A stretch of DNA of 64,000 nucleotides from Vicugna vicugna. Lineage: Eukaryota. How positions within the stretch are numbered: the stretch's first letter is position 1; each line of letters starts with the position of its first letter. The position numbers and the translations under genes were made by a program. Of the stretch, positions 52,521-64,000 are shown piece by piece. The notes beneath the pieces are model-generated. The model was not told the DNA's origin, made no database searches, and saw nothing but the letters and a program-made list of their open reading frames with translations. Where the stretch lies: positions 2,542,909-2,606,908 of the forward strand of contig MU057560.1 of NCBI GenBank assembly GCA_013265495.1. Direction: 5' to 3'.

Positions 52521-53700
52521 TGGAACAACAGAATCAGAGAGGAGTCAGGCCCGTCTCATCTCGATTTTAAGGAAAATGTTTAAGTTTCAAGGAAACAGTT
52601 AAGTCTCAGAGGCGTCAAGGGGTCAGTAAGCCCACACAGCGAGACAGTCCCGGCTGCCTGTCGTCCACCTGCCCGCCTGCGGGTGGACTTGCTCGGCTAG
52701 TTGGGGTTCTGAGAATAAGACACAGCCTCTTCAGACTTCTTTCTTATTCACTTACTTATACTGTGTTTTAGAGACAAATTGTATCAAGGTTGGAGTAACC
52801 GTGTTTTTTTGGACAGGATGGCCTTGGCACCAGGCACTTGTCACAGGACCCTAAAATTTCTTCTGGATCAGCCGTGTAGCTGTGACACCGAGGTGTGGGG
52901 CAGGTGGCAGAGACACAGACGCTCCCGCCCCGTCTGTTGTCTGGAAATCCGCAGGGCGGGTGGATGAGTCGGTTTTGCTGTTCACGCCCGGCGCGACCTA
53001 GATGCAGTCTGAGATAAGCTTCAGGCAAAGCCCCTTTTCTGAAGTTTCTGACAAGCTCCTGAAATAGTCACCAGCTCTTCCCTCGGGGATCGGTGTCACC
53101 ATAATGCAACGATCCTTTGACAGGACTGGTGTTAGTCTGTGGACACAGTGCCAGTGCTGTTTCCCGCCTTCATGAAGCCTGAGTTCCCCAGCCTCTTCCC
53201 TGCAACCCACGCCGTTGACTGAAGTCTGAGCATTTCTCTCCTCCTTCCTCACCTGTTTCCTGCTGGTCCACGTGCGGGGTCGCCACGCTGCGTAGCGGAA
53301 CCTGCATCACAGGTGACGCTGCAGGCAGCTGAGAATAAAGTCGGTGGGTGTGGGTCTGGGACGTCCAGCCTCCGTGAGGGGAGAGGAACACAGGGTCTGC
53401 CAGACACTGGGAGCGCTGGGCCCCGCTCCGCCTGACCGACAGGTAGCAACTCCCCTCGCCCTCAGACAAAGCAGACACAGCGCCACCGCCTCTGATTCAC
53501 ACGGGGAGAGACGGGGCCAGGGATGACGCTCCGGGATGTGCGGGCCTCCACCTCCACGCCGGCCTGCGCTTCATGTCAGAAAGAGTCCTGTGCAGGCGGC
53601 GACTCCTCCGTGGGTGGTTGCTCTGCACCTGTCTCCGGATCCTTCCTTTCAGGAGATCTTTCATTGCTATCCTCCCGATAAAAATTAAAGATCACGTTTT

Positions 53701-53808
53701 GTGTATGAAAAGGAGTATGTGTGTGTACATGTCTGACTGAAACATGATGCTGTGCACCAGAAACTGACACAACATTGTAAACTGACTCTACTTCAATTAA
53801 AAAAAAAA
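53701..53808 (+). mobile_element. Short L1 3' end with poly(A)
   Basis: tgctgtgcaccagaaactgacacaacattgtaaactgactctacttcaattaaaaaaaaaa. Confidence 0.85.
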
Positions 53809-55599
53809 CACACTTTTCCCCAACACTACTGACTAAGGCCATCTGCAGGTCCCGCACCCCAAAAGATTCTAGCAAAACTCTCTCTCTTTAAGAATTTTCA
53901 CGTGGTGAGTGTCATTAACAGCATTTTAGAGATGGAGCTGGCCCACAATTAACAAAAGCTTCAAAGAACGCAGCCCTCATTTGAACAATGCAGAAAGTGT
54001 GAGGAATTTCAAATTCAAAATGACAGACATCCTGCATGCTTAGGTGCTCCTGTGCTTTTACTGCAGGACTGGAGTGTCAAAATTCCAGCTTCTTGTCGGA
54101 ATATTAATTAATATTTAAGATTCATTAAGCTGGTTTTAGTGATTTATTTCATTCTGTAATTAGATATTATAATTAGATTATCTCTATCAGATTTTCAGCT
54201 TTCCTTTAATCAGAAAATGTTCAATAAATACAGATATAAGTTCATCAAGTTACAACACGCCGTTTGAACTCAGCGATAAATCTTGTTTTGAAATAATTGA
54301 ACAACGGCCCAGTGGTGGCGTGGTATTTTGTTTTTACATGAATACATATTTTCTAGGTGGTCAATGCGTCCCAGTGGTATTTTGGGACCTTTGTTAAGTG
54401 ACATAACGGCCTCATGGTGTTAAATTTTGACCTTCAGAATTCAGAGGAAAATTTATGGACAGCACCGTACACTGCTCGGCTCTGTCATTTATGGCCGTCC
54501 TAAAGAATGGCTCCTTTCCGTACGCAAGTACCTCCTTATGGAAGACAGCATAGAATAAGATCCATGTAACACACTGGACGAGAACCAGCTAATTGGTCCC
54601 TGTCCTTTGTTTCCGTTGCTGCACAGGGATGTGGACATGCGTGTATAAGCCAACCCGGAAGGCAGGAAAAGGCAGCAGGGCTGTGCCCATTTGTAGATGC
54701 TCCGATAATCCCGCTTAAGGAGAGACTGCATCTGTCTACTTTGCTATAAATTGAGCAGAACGGCAGGGTTGATTCCATGGATCACGTAAACTAAAAATCG
54801 TGGCATGGAGATGAGATCAGAACGCTTTCGGTCTGGATCCGAGCAGGGCAGGCAGGCTGATGTTTCTCACTGGCGCTGGCCGGGCAGAGGCTGCTCCCAG
54901 AGCCGCCCGGGATCCCTGAGCTTTCGCATCTGACCCTCAGCCTGGAGAGAGAGCAGGGTTTCAAGTCAGGAGCACTTCTCCACGCTTTGGGCCTACTTTC
55001 TTGTTAGAGAAATGAATATCGTATTTTCTTAAACATAAATGTGGACATATGGTCTGACACATGCTCTGAAAATGGGGCAGAATATTTGAAGTCAGGTCTG
55101 TTGCAGTCAGTCGGGACATATGGGCACCGTTCAGAGGGATTCTGAATCTGAATTTCTGATTCCGTGCTGAGGCCCAGTAGCCCCTGCGTCTCTGGCTGCC
55201 CGATGCCGACGCCCCCCGCCCCCACTCGCTGAAAGCCGTTCCCGGTGCCGGGTGCCGATGTACACAGAGCAAACACAGCCCTGGCCGGGGGCTTCTCGCC
55301 TAGACCCTTCTGCAATATGAAAACAGACTGAATTTGATTGAAATGATGATTTTTCCACCTTCTTAGAGGAGTTGTTGGGACCACGTGGGGATTAATATTT
55401 TCAGCCTTGGGAAGTCAGGCAAGAAGTTACCCGTGGAAACGTGCCCTGCTGTTCACTTGGCACCAGGGAGGGGTGGAGGGGGGAGCAGACCCTCCCCACG
55501 AGGTGACATGGGGGCCCAGGAGCGACGGCCTGCGTGCAAGGGGCCGGGGCCGGGGGAGGACACCCAGCGGAAAGAGAACGTAAGCTCAGCACCAGTTAC

Positions 55600-56760
55600 T
55601 GGAATGTGATACAGAAAGCGGCCGGGCGACCCTGAGTCACAGGAGAGCCCAGCGTTCTGGAACCAGGGAAACAACCAGAGGCTCACGTTGCTGCGGCAGG
55701 CGCGGCCGATCTAGACGTCTGCTCTGCGCGCTACTCCGGAACAGGGTTTGTCCTCGCCCCCGAGGAAGCAGGGAAAGGACAGGGGAGGGCAGACGGACCC
55801 GTCTCCCCTGCGTGCCGCCTGGGAGGGGCCCTGGGCCGGGGACCATCACAGCGTCACTGGAAGCTGGGGTTGGAAGCTGAGGGAGGCTGGCCCTGGGGGA
55901 CCACCCTGCGGGCTGGGACACGCCGGGCGCTTGCGCACAGCTGGGGGGGACGGCCGCGCCCTGGACCCCGCGGCGGTCGGGAGAACCCCGGACGGCGACC
56001 TCAGAGAGCGCGGAGTCCAAGTCCGCTTTCATCTTCAAAGCTGGTACTTTTGAAGCTGCGTCTTGTCCTTTTAATTTATAAAATATGACAGGCTTTCTTT
56101 TTCACCCAGTTTCACGATTAAGTCTCTCCTCTCACGCATTCTAAGGGCTGCGAGGCGGCTGGCCGGCTTGGCCGCGCAGCTCCCCTGGGTGCCCGCCCGC
56201 GTGCTCGCGGCCCCGACGTAGCTCCGGGCCCAGCCCCACCGCGCCGCAGAGCTTCGCGCTCACAGAGTCGACCCCGGACTCCACGCGTCTCACCGCGGGG
56301 TTGGAAGACGCACGGCTCCTCCGCAGGACACTTCCCGGCGCCGGTCCAAGAACGAAACCTCCGCCGCCTCCCACGCGCGCACGGCTGCTGGAGGGAAGCG
56401 CGGAACACGATTGAAACCACGAATTTCTACCCGCAAGGTTAGAGGGCCCTGCCTTCATGCGGCCGCGGGAGCCCTGACAAGGGAGAACCCACTTTAGCTC
56501 AGGCGGGCGGGGCGCGCTCTGAGAGCAGGGGCCTTGGAGATGAAGCGGAAGGAAGAGGAACCAGTCACACAGCGAGAAGAGGAAGGTGTTCTAGGCGCGG
56601 AGGAGCCCCAGCCGACATCCTGAGGGCAGAGGAAGAGCGACGGCTCAGGAATCGCCCAGAAATCGCCCAGGAAGAGCGACGGCTCAAGAATCGCCGGCGG
56701 CCGAAGTCGGAAGGGTGGGCGGGGCGCGTGGCTCGGAGACGCAGCGCAAGGTGGGCTCTC
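55600..56760. promoter_or_regulatory. CpG island, candidate promoter
   Basis: Densest non-tandem CpG cluster in the window. Contains GGGCGGGG boxes (about 56505 and 56717), CGGAAG ETS-like cores and a GCGGCCGC site at about 56459. Confidence 0.7.
56630..56695. repeat. 27-bp direct repeat with a 39-bp period
   Basis: aggaagagcgacggctca(g/a)gaatcgcc at 56630 and 56669. Confidence 0.85.
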
Positions 56761-56797
56761 GGGTGACAGTTCTTGGACTCAAGATCCTAGCCATACA

Positions 56798-57175
56798 ATT
56801 TATTCATTTATTTATTTTAAGATTGAAGCACAGTTACAATGTGTCAGTCTCTGGTGCACAGCACAATGTCCCAGTCATGCATACACAGGCATATATTGTT
56901 TTCGTATTCTTTTTCATTAAAGGTTATTATATTGAATATAGTTCCTTGTGCTGTACAGAAGAAATTTGTTTCTTTATCTATTTTTATATAGAGTGGCTAA
57001 CATTTGCAAGTCCCAGACTCCCAAATTTATCCCTTCCCACCCCCTTTCCCCGGTAACCATAAGATTGTTTACTGTGCCTGCGAGTCTGTTTCTGTTCTGT
57101 AGAGGAGTTCATTAGTGTCCTCTTTTTTCTTTTTTTCCTTTTTCTTTTTTCAGATCCCACATATAAGCGGTATGC
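56798..57175 (-). mobile_element. Camelid/artiodactyl-type L1 3' end
   Basis: T-rich tail, then gttacaatgtgtcagtctctggtgcacagc...cagatcccacatataagc. Confidence 0.85.
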
Positions 57176-57319
57176 AGAAGAAGAAAGAAAAACAGCAGCC
57201 CTGCAATTTACGACGGAGAGACCCTGGGAAGGACGTCCCCGCCTTCGCGGCCGCGCTGTCCGTCGGCGCTGCTGCGCGTCTGGGATGGGCTGCCGCCGCC
57301 CAGAAGCTGGGTCCTCACC

Positions 57320-57746
57320 TGCGTTTAATTCTGATTAATGTGAATGTAAAAGCTGAGGCTCAGTTCAGTTATTGGAAAAATCTCAAATGTGTTTAGAACA
57401 ACTTGAGAATGCGAACCGAGTTCTTCAGCTGTCAATCTTGCGAAACCCAAATGCAGATGAACAGTTTCTGGTAAGAAACTGTTCTGGCGTCTTTGTCGTG
57501 AGGCGCCCCAAAGTGTAAGATACACGCTTCACCTGGAAGACGTGCTACGGAAAAAGAATGTAAACATCTCGTTAATCATTTTTATATAGGTTAAGTGTTG
57601 AAATGATTTTTATGTATTGGGTTAAGTAAACAAATATATTACAAACAAACTTCACCCCTTGCATTTTAGTGCTGTGAATGCGGCTGCTAGAAAATTGTCA
57701 ACAACCCACGTGGCTCACAGGATGTTCCTAAAGGACTGTGGTGGTG
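57320..57746. mobile_element. hAT-Charlie (Charlie1/MER33-like) DNA transposon fragment
   Basis: aaaagaatgtaaacatctcgttaat...tattgggttaagtaaa...tgcggctgctagaaaatt...acgtggctcaca matches the Charlie1/MER33 end. Confidence 0.75.
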
Positions 57747-57919
57747 GAGACCTCAATGTCCTCACCCCTAAAGCAGGGGACACAAAAGGGCCCGTCTCGC
57801 AGCTTTATGTGCCGGATGAAGGGGTGACGTGCGTGAGTGGAGCGTCTGGCTCCGCCCTAGACGTCAGCAAAATATTCAGCATCGGCCTCATTACAATGAA
57901 AATTCCGTCATCGATCCTC

Positions 57920-58180
57920 TAAGTGTTCTTCTCGCACCCCCTCCGCTCTGCACACCCGCGTCATCTCCAGGGCTCGTCCGTTTTTCCTCTTAGACGTTCC
58001 TCAGCCTCTCCGGCCTCGGCACCTCTACTTCATCCATTCGGTCCAAGTGCCTGTCATCTCTCACTCGGACGGCTTCATGCTTCCTAAGCTGGTCTCCCGG
58101 TGCTCTGCCCCACAATTCTGTGCACTCCATCCACAGCATCTGTTGAAAATGAACGTGTAGCCCGGTTCAAGGCCCCCTTG
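57920..58180 (+). mobile_element. L2 fragment
   Basis: ggtccaagtgcctgtcatctctcactcggac...ttcctaagctggtctccc resembles the L2 core. Confidence 0.6.
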
Positions 58181-59340
58181 CTCTGGGGGGAGAAGTCCCC
58201 GCACGCGCGGGAGCTCCCGCTGCGTTTCTGGCCCGTCGGCGGCTGGGCTCCGACTGCGCAGCCAGCCCGGGCTCCCTTCCCCTGCTCAGGCGCGTGGCCC
58301 TGCACAGCCTGTGTCCGGAACATGTCCCCCTTCTGGTTAACACCCGCTTGCCCTCCGGACCTCCGCTCGAGGGGTCCGCGCGTTCCTTCCCCGCATCTGG
58401 GGGGCAGAGATCCTCCGTGGGAAATCTTCCCGGCCCTGGCCTTTCCCTTCCCCGCGCTGTCCAGAGTGAGGGATGGCGCCTGAAACCCCAGGGCCCCTCC
58501 ACCAGAGCCTGGGGGGCAGGGGAGAGGCCACTTACCCCAGAAGTGGGCCTGGCTGTCAGCTAGGTGCTATTGTCTGAAAAATCAATTTTCCACAGCTGAG
58601 TAACCAATTTGCCAAAAGCTAATCAACTGAAAATCAATTCAACAAATGACCAATTCACCAAAGGGCTCATTAACCAGGTCATTTGCCAGGATACTGAGGA
58701 ATTTCTGCAGGTGTCTCCTCAGCTCCTGCAGTTCCCTCAACTGCAGCCCCAGCCGAATCTGTGACCCCCTCCAACGCCCCAGCCCTCAGTCTGGTCCAGG
58801 CCAGTTTGCAGCTGCCACTTTGCCACAAGCACAGGGGCAACGGGGGACAGCAAAGTGGCAGGACTGGGGTGGAGCTGTGGTTGCGGTGACAGCAAGAAAA
58901 ACTCCCTTCGGAGAGTGGGCAGCACACGGCGGGGGTGGGGGGAGGACGGCACCTTGGGCCCCGAGACAGCAGCGCCCGGGGAGGTCAGAGGGCTGGAAGC
59001 CGGTCGGGGGCGCGGCGAGCTCACTGATGGACAGCTCGCTATTTCACTCACGCACAACATGCAGGTCACTTTCTGGACCATGAAGTCTTAATATGCAAGA
59101 CTGTAAGACGCTCCACCCTTCCATGTGTCCAAAGAGTTGCTAGTGACTCTGCTGTATCCGGCAGAAACCTGACGTCCACCTGATTTTTGTTACTTTGTGT
59201 TTGACCTTTTCTCTCTTCTCCGGAAGCTTTCAGAATTGTCTTATTTTTAAATGGACACGCCCACAAGTTGTGCCCAGGGGTGTGTGTGTGTGGTTCTTTG
59301 ATCACACATCTCAGAGTCTTTCAATCTGAGATTCTTCATC

Positions 59341-59460
59341 TTTTTTTTTTTTACATTTTTTATTGAGTTATAGTCAGCTTACAATGTTGTGTCAATTTCC
59401 AGCATAGAGCACAGTTTTTCAGTTATACATGAACATACATATATTCATTGTCACATTTTT
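59341..59460 (-). mobile_element. Short camelid-type L1 3' end
   Basis: Poly-T plus sequence homologous to 42045-42150. Confidence 0.9.
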
Positions 59461-59461
59461 G

Positions 59462-59511
59462 TTTGTTTTGATTTTAGAAAATCTATTTTTGTTTTGATTT
59501 TAGAAAATCTA
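59462..59511. repeat. 24-bp direct repeat at the L1 5' junction
   Basis: tttgttttgattttagaaaatcta at 59462 and 59488. Confidence 0.85.
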
Positions 59512-59974
59512 CTGTCATAAGTTCTTCAACTGTTTCTCCCTCCAGTATTTTCTTTCTGAGAGATTTCTCGTTCGGATGTGAGCACTTACTTCTCCCCTGT
59601 CCTTTAAGTCTCTCCTCTTTGCGCTCCTGTTCACGTCAGGCATCCTCGCCACCTTTGAAAAGAGTTCTTTGACATCACTTTCCACCTCAAGTTATTTTCC
59701 TTTGGGTTCATTTCTATTCTATTCTATTCTTCTATTTTTTAAACAAGTGTGTTAAGTATAAGACATATATAGAAAAGGGAGTGAAACACAAATGAACATT
59801 TTGTCTGTAAAATCAAACCCCCGAAGCCCTGCGCCCCTGCCTGCGCAGGGACCTCCCTCCCGTCTCTGGTAAATGCCGCTCCTACGTCTGCGGTAACGGT
59901 TTCTTCAGTTTTCTTTAAGTTTCTGTCTCTTGTCTCTGTGTCCCTAAGATTTATCATCATCACCATCATCAGTT

Positions 59975-60160
59975 TAAAGTTGCCAGACACTTCACACACA
60001 TTCACCAAATTACCCTCAGGACAAACCTGCATGCTAGCTAGCTTCAGGTATTCACCCATTTTACAGGTAAAGACAGAGTCTGAGTATCTTGCACAAAGAT
60101 GCCCAGAGAGTAGCAGAGCCATGGGGCTCACTGAGGGCTCTGGTTCTGAGCCCTGCTCAG
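59975..60160 (-). mobile_element. MIR SINE
   Basis: tattcacccattttacaggtaaagacagagtctgag matches the antisense MIR core. Confidence 0.7.
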
Positions 60161-60199
60161 CACCAGCTCCTGTGCCGTCTGCCTTCTGAGCAGCCCACT

Positions 60200-61930
60200 A
60201 GCTCATCAGTAGAGTGGGGTTCGGTTCTGTTTGTTTGTTTTAACTCCTTCTTGCTCACTGTTATGTTTGTAAGAATCATCCATGTTTTCATGTGCAGGTT
60301 TGTTTTTCATTTTCCTCTTAATGGACATCTGGATTGTTTCCAGCATTTGACTGGTTTGAGAGAACGTGGCCGTGAGCTTTCTGCACGTGTATCCGATGCG
60401 CAGAAAATGGAATTCTCCTGAGCTGCACCCAGGGCTGAGACTGCTGCGCCACAGGGGGTCTCTCTCTCTCTCACTCCCCCATCTGTGTATCTGTCTACGG
60501 AGAGAGGACAGATAGGGAAGAGAGAGACTGCGAGAAGAAGAGGGCGTGGCAGAGTGTGCCCTAGTCTTGCTCACGCCTTCTCCCCCACAGGGTACGCGGT
60601 GCCCGCTTCTCCATCCCCAACCGACAGTGCTGATTCTTAGAGCCATCAGCAGCAGGGTACGTAAGGGTCATTTATTCTGGTTCTAACTTAAACGTCCATG
60701 ATGGCTCATAAGGTGAAGCTCTGTTTTATGTATTTATTAATCAATGAATATTTTTCTTTTGTGAGGAAATACTTTGCCCAGTTCCCCTCTTCCCCTTGCT
60801 GATCCGCAGGGTTTCTTTGTGTTTTCTGGGTGGCACCACTTCGCTAGTTGCAGGCGCTGGAAATGCCGCCTCCCGTTCTGCGGCTTCTCTCTCCACACTG
60901 TGAAGGCTGTCTTCTGACGAGTAGAAGTTTCTTACGTTACCGCAGACGAACGTACCAGTGCTGTCCTTCAGGGCTGGTGCCTCGGCTGCCTTGTTTAAGG
61001 TCTCTTTATTTCCCAGAAGCAATGAACGCATTCTCCCAGGCAGCATTTCAGCTTTCCTTTCACTGACAGTAGGACTTCTGTTTATCTTGAAATGATGTGT
61101 ATGTTTTAGAATTAAAAAGTTAATTTATATATATTTTTAAATTGTCCTATAAGTATTTTTAGAAAGACGATTCTTTCTGCTCTGAAGTGAGGTGTAAGCC
61201 CTGTCATGAATCAAGTGTCCACATCTGCACACATTGTTTCTGAGCCCCTGCTCCGCTTCGTCGCTGTGTTTGTCTGTTCCTGCAGCAGTCTTGCCCTTCT
61301 GTGATTATCACAGCTTTAACATCAGTGCTGATGCTTCTTGAACAAACCCCTCCTTGTCCTGCTTCAAGAATGCATTGCCTCTGCTGGGCCTTTTGGAATT
61401 CCACGTATGTGCTGCAGTAGGCTTCTGAAAACACACACACAGCTTTGGTCTTTTAGTTGAGATGTTAAATATCTAATAAATTTGGAGACTATGAATGTCT
61501 CAGTCACACTGAGGATTTCAATTCATGAACATGACATATCTTCATATAATTGGGTCTTTTTAAATGTTACAAATAAATTTTACAACGTTATGTGTCGAAT
61601 TTGCACATCTCTAGTTAGATTTATTTTAAGAAATGTGATTAATGTTTTGTCGCCATTTTAAATTTTTTTCAGCTTAATTTGTTCATTTTTTTCTGAATAA
61701 AATTTAATTGATTTTTATACAGAATTTTATTTCAGCAATTTGCTAGTCTAACATTTTAGTTGTTATAAATTAAGGGAAGACTCTTTGGGATTTACTGTGC
61801 AATCGTGCAACAGCACATGCAGATAACATTTTTTTCCCAATACAGACACTTTCTATTTGCTTTTCTTGACTTACTCTCTTGGCTAGAGTTTTTAGTAAGA
61901 TACTGAACAGAAGTGTGATAAGCAGAGAAT
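60200..61930 (-). mobile_element. Old L1 (L1ME-like) fragments
   Basis: atggacatctggattgtttccagcattt and ttcaattcatgaacatgacatatc in a T-rich context. Confidence 0.65.
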
Positions 61931-61984
61931 GTATTTCATTTCTGCTCTCAGATGTCAGTACTCAAGGACTCATCATTTAGTGTT

Positions 61985-62930
61985 ACAACAGAAAGTCCTC
62001 AAAGCAGTGTAACTCCTAGCTACGTCAGCTCAAACTCCACAGCAAGAGCAGAGGGAAAGTCATGCCTGTTTCCAGGCCCCAAAACCTGAAAAGCTGTTTA
62101 CCCCAGGCTCTGCTGTTCTACATAAGATATTACGCTTTCAACAGCAAAGAATGAAGCATGAAAAAATGAGAGAACAAATCCACAAAATGCAGTGGGACAA
62201 TGTGAGCATCTGAACCGTATGCAGATCTGACTCACGTGTTGGAACTGTCAGACAGGGGATGTAAAACAGCTATGTGTAACATGTCTGTTGTCTAAATTTC
62301 AGCAGAGAGACGGAAACCCTAAGAGAATATCAAATGACACAAAGTCTGCTGACAGGAAGAATGCCCTCAGCCCGCACGTCAGTTGAAGTGACACAGCTGA
62401 GGAAAGAATCAGTGAACTTGAAGACAGGTCAGTAGAAATTACCCAGCTCAGATGCACAGAGAAAAGGGGGCAAAGCAAACAAGTCAGAGTGTAAGACACC
62501 GTCAAAAGGTCTAAACATGTGTAATGAAATTCCTAGAGGAAGAAGAGCAGGGTGTTGGGGCAAAGAAATATTTTAAGAAAAAAAGATTAAGAATTTTCAA
62601 AAGTTAATACAAGACACCAGACCACAGATCTAAGACGCTAAGAGAATTCTGACAAGGTAATTACCAAAAATAAACCCTCCAAAAGAAAAACAACTGGAAA
62701 AAGTAGCCAAATTCATCGTCACAGTGTAACATTGCCGCATACCTTTCTCCTTCAATTCTAAGTAAGCAAGTAAAGTTTAAAGTAGAAGTGTAGACAATTA
62801 CTACACAAAACAATCACAGAATATGTTTTATCTTCAAGTGTTTATAGAATATTCACCACAACATGTCACTTGTTGGACTATTAAGCAAGCCTCATTGTAT
62901 TCTATACGATCAACACCATACAGAATGCAT
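61985..62930 (+). mobile_element. Old L1 5'/ORF1 region
   Basis: gaaagaatcagtgaacttgaagacaggtcagtagaaattaccca is an L1 ORF1 motif, in an A-rich context. Confidence 0.75.
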
Positions 62931-64000
62931 ATGGTAATCGTAGTAGAAGCAACTTGGGGTTTGTTTTATAATAATCTTCACCAATTTATCCAGTGCTCTA
63001 TAATTCCCCCATGCGTCACGAATGCATATGGTCTCTGAAATGGAAAAATGCCATTAGCTTAGAGTTTCCGAGTACAGCCACTTCAAGTAGCTGGTCTCTG
63101 AGAGACGATTCTTCCAGGACACTACACACCCCCAGCCCCCATCTTCACGTCCTGTTACTTTATTTGATGCTCCTCCTTCCGAGAGCCTGACGCTCACTGC
63201 AGGAGTGAGACTGCCTCACTTCCTTTGGTGGCTTCCTTTGTGACATGCCTCCTGGATCCCAGAAAGGAGCGCCCTCTGCCTTCAGGGTGGCCCCCCAATG
63301 TCACTTTGGCTAGTTGCATCCAAGAAGGTGTGTGCCTTCCCCAGAACAGCCGCTGCACCCTGTTTTGTTAGGAGGTGTACTCAATTCTCCATTCAAGGCT
63401 TTCACCTTCTTTATCAAAATCAGTTTAACAGCGTCCCAGCAGCCTTCAGGCTCAGAGCAGCCTGAGACTGGCGGGCAGCCCCTGACGTAAACTTAACTCC
63501 TGCCAGAGGATGCAGGAGCCTGCCTCTGGCTCTCTGCTCTGCCTGCCCTCTGTGTTAACCTACTTTCTCATAATCTTATCTCTACATTCAGAGCCATTTC
63601 AGAGCCTCCTAGTCAACCGCTGCTTGGTGTTTGGAACGTAGCATTGCTTTCTCTGCAGATTTGCTCTAAAGCCTGCACCAGCCCAGAACAGGTGCAGATC
63701 CGCCAGGGCAGTCACCCTCCGCCTCACGTCTAGGATGGGGCCTCCTGGACTTCCCCAAACCCACCTCTGCTGTCCTTCCCCAAGACTGTTAACCCGGGTT
63801 GAAAGTCCACCTCCCCGCAGGGCCCCAGCTCCCACCAAGGTCCCAAGCTTCAGCACAAGAACAGGACCATTGCAGACTGCGTTTCTCATTCTGTTGTTAC
63901 CCCAGTGCAAGCAGTGCTGGTGCTAACGCTGGCTTGGGTTCTTCCATCAAAGGTCACAGATCATCCTACCCTCTACAGACACTGTCTTACTTTAAAACAT

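Overview
This is mammalian genomic DNA, most likely camelid, judged from a Vic-1-type tRNA-Ala SINE and camelid-type L1 3' ends. It is GC/CpG-rich and looks intergenic or intronic. I recognise no protein-coding gene; the ORF track is explained by simple repeats, GC-rich noise and L1 ORF2 remnants. Much of the window is interspersed repeat (L1 of several ages, L2, MIR, MaLR/ERVL LTRs, two ERV1-like solo LTRs, hAT and Tigger relics). Family names come from recalled consensus motifs, not a database search. The most notable items are: (1) an unusually legible, disabled reverse-transcriptase fossil of an L2-clade LINE with non-mammalian-type motifs at about 19.8-20.55 kb; (2) a CpG island at 55.6-56.8 kb with a first-exon-like segment and several minus-strand exon candidates, possibly a lncRNA or long 5'UTR; (3) a nearly perfect 54-bp (26+28) CpG-rich minisatellite packed with bHLH/bHLH-PAS and EGR motifs; (4) several small rearrangement scars. 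I found no convincing new multi-gene system.
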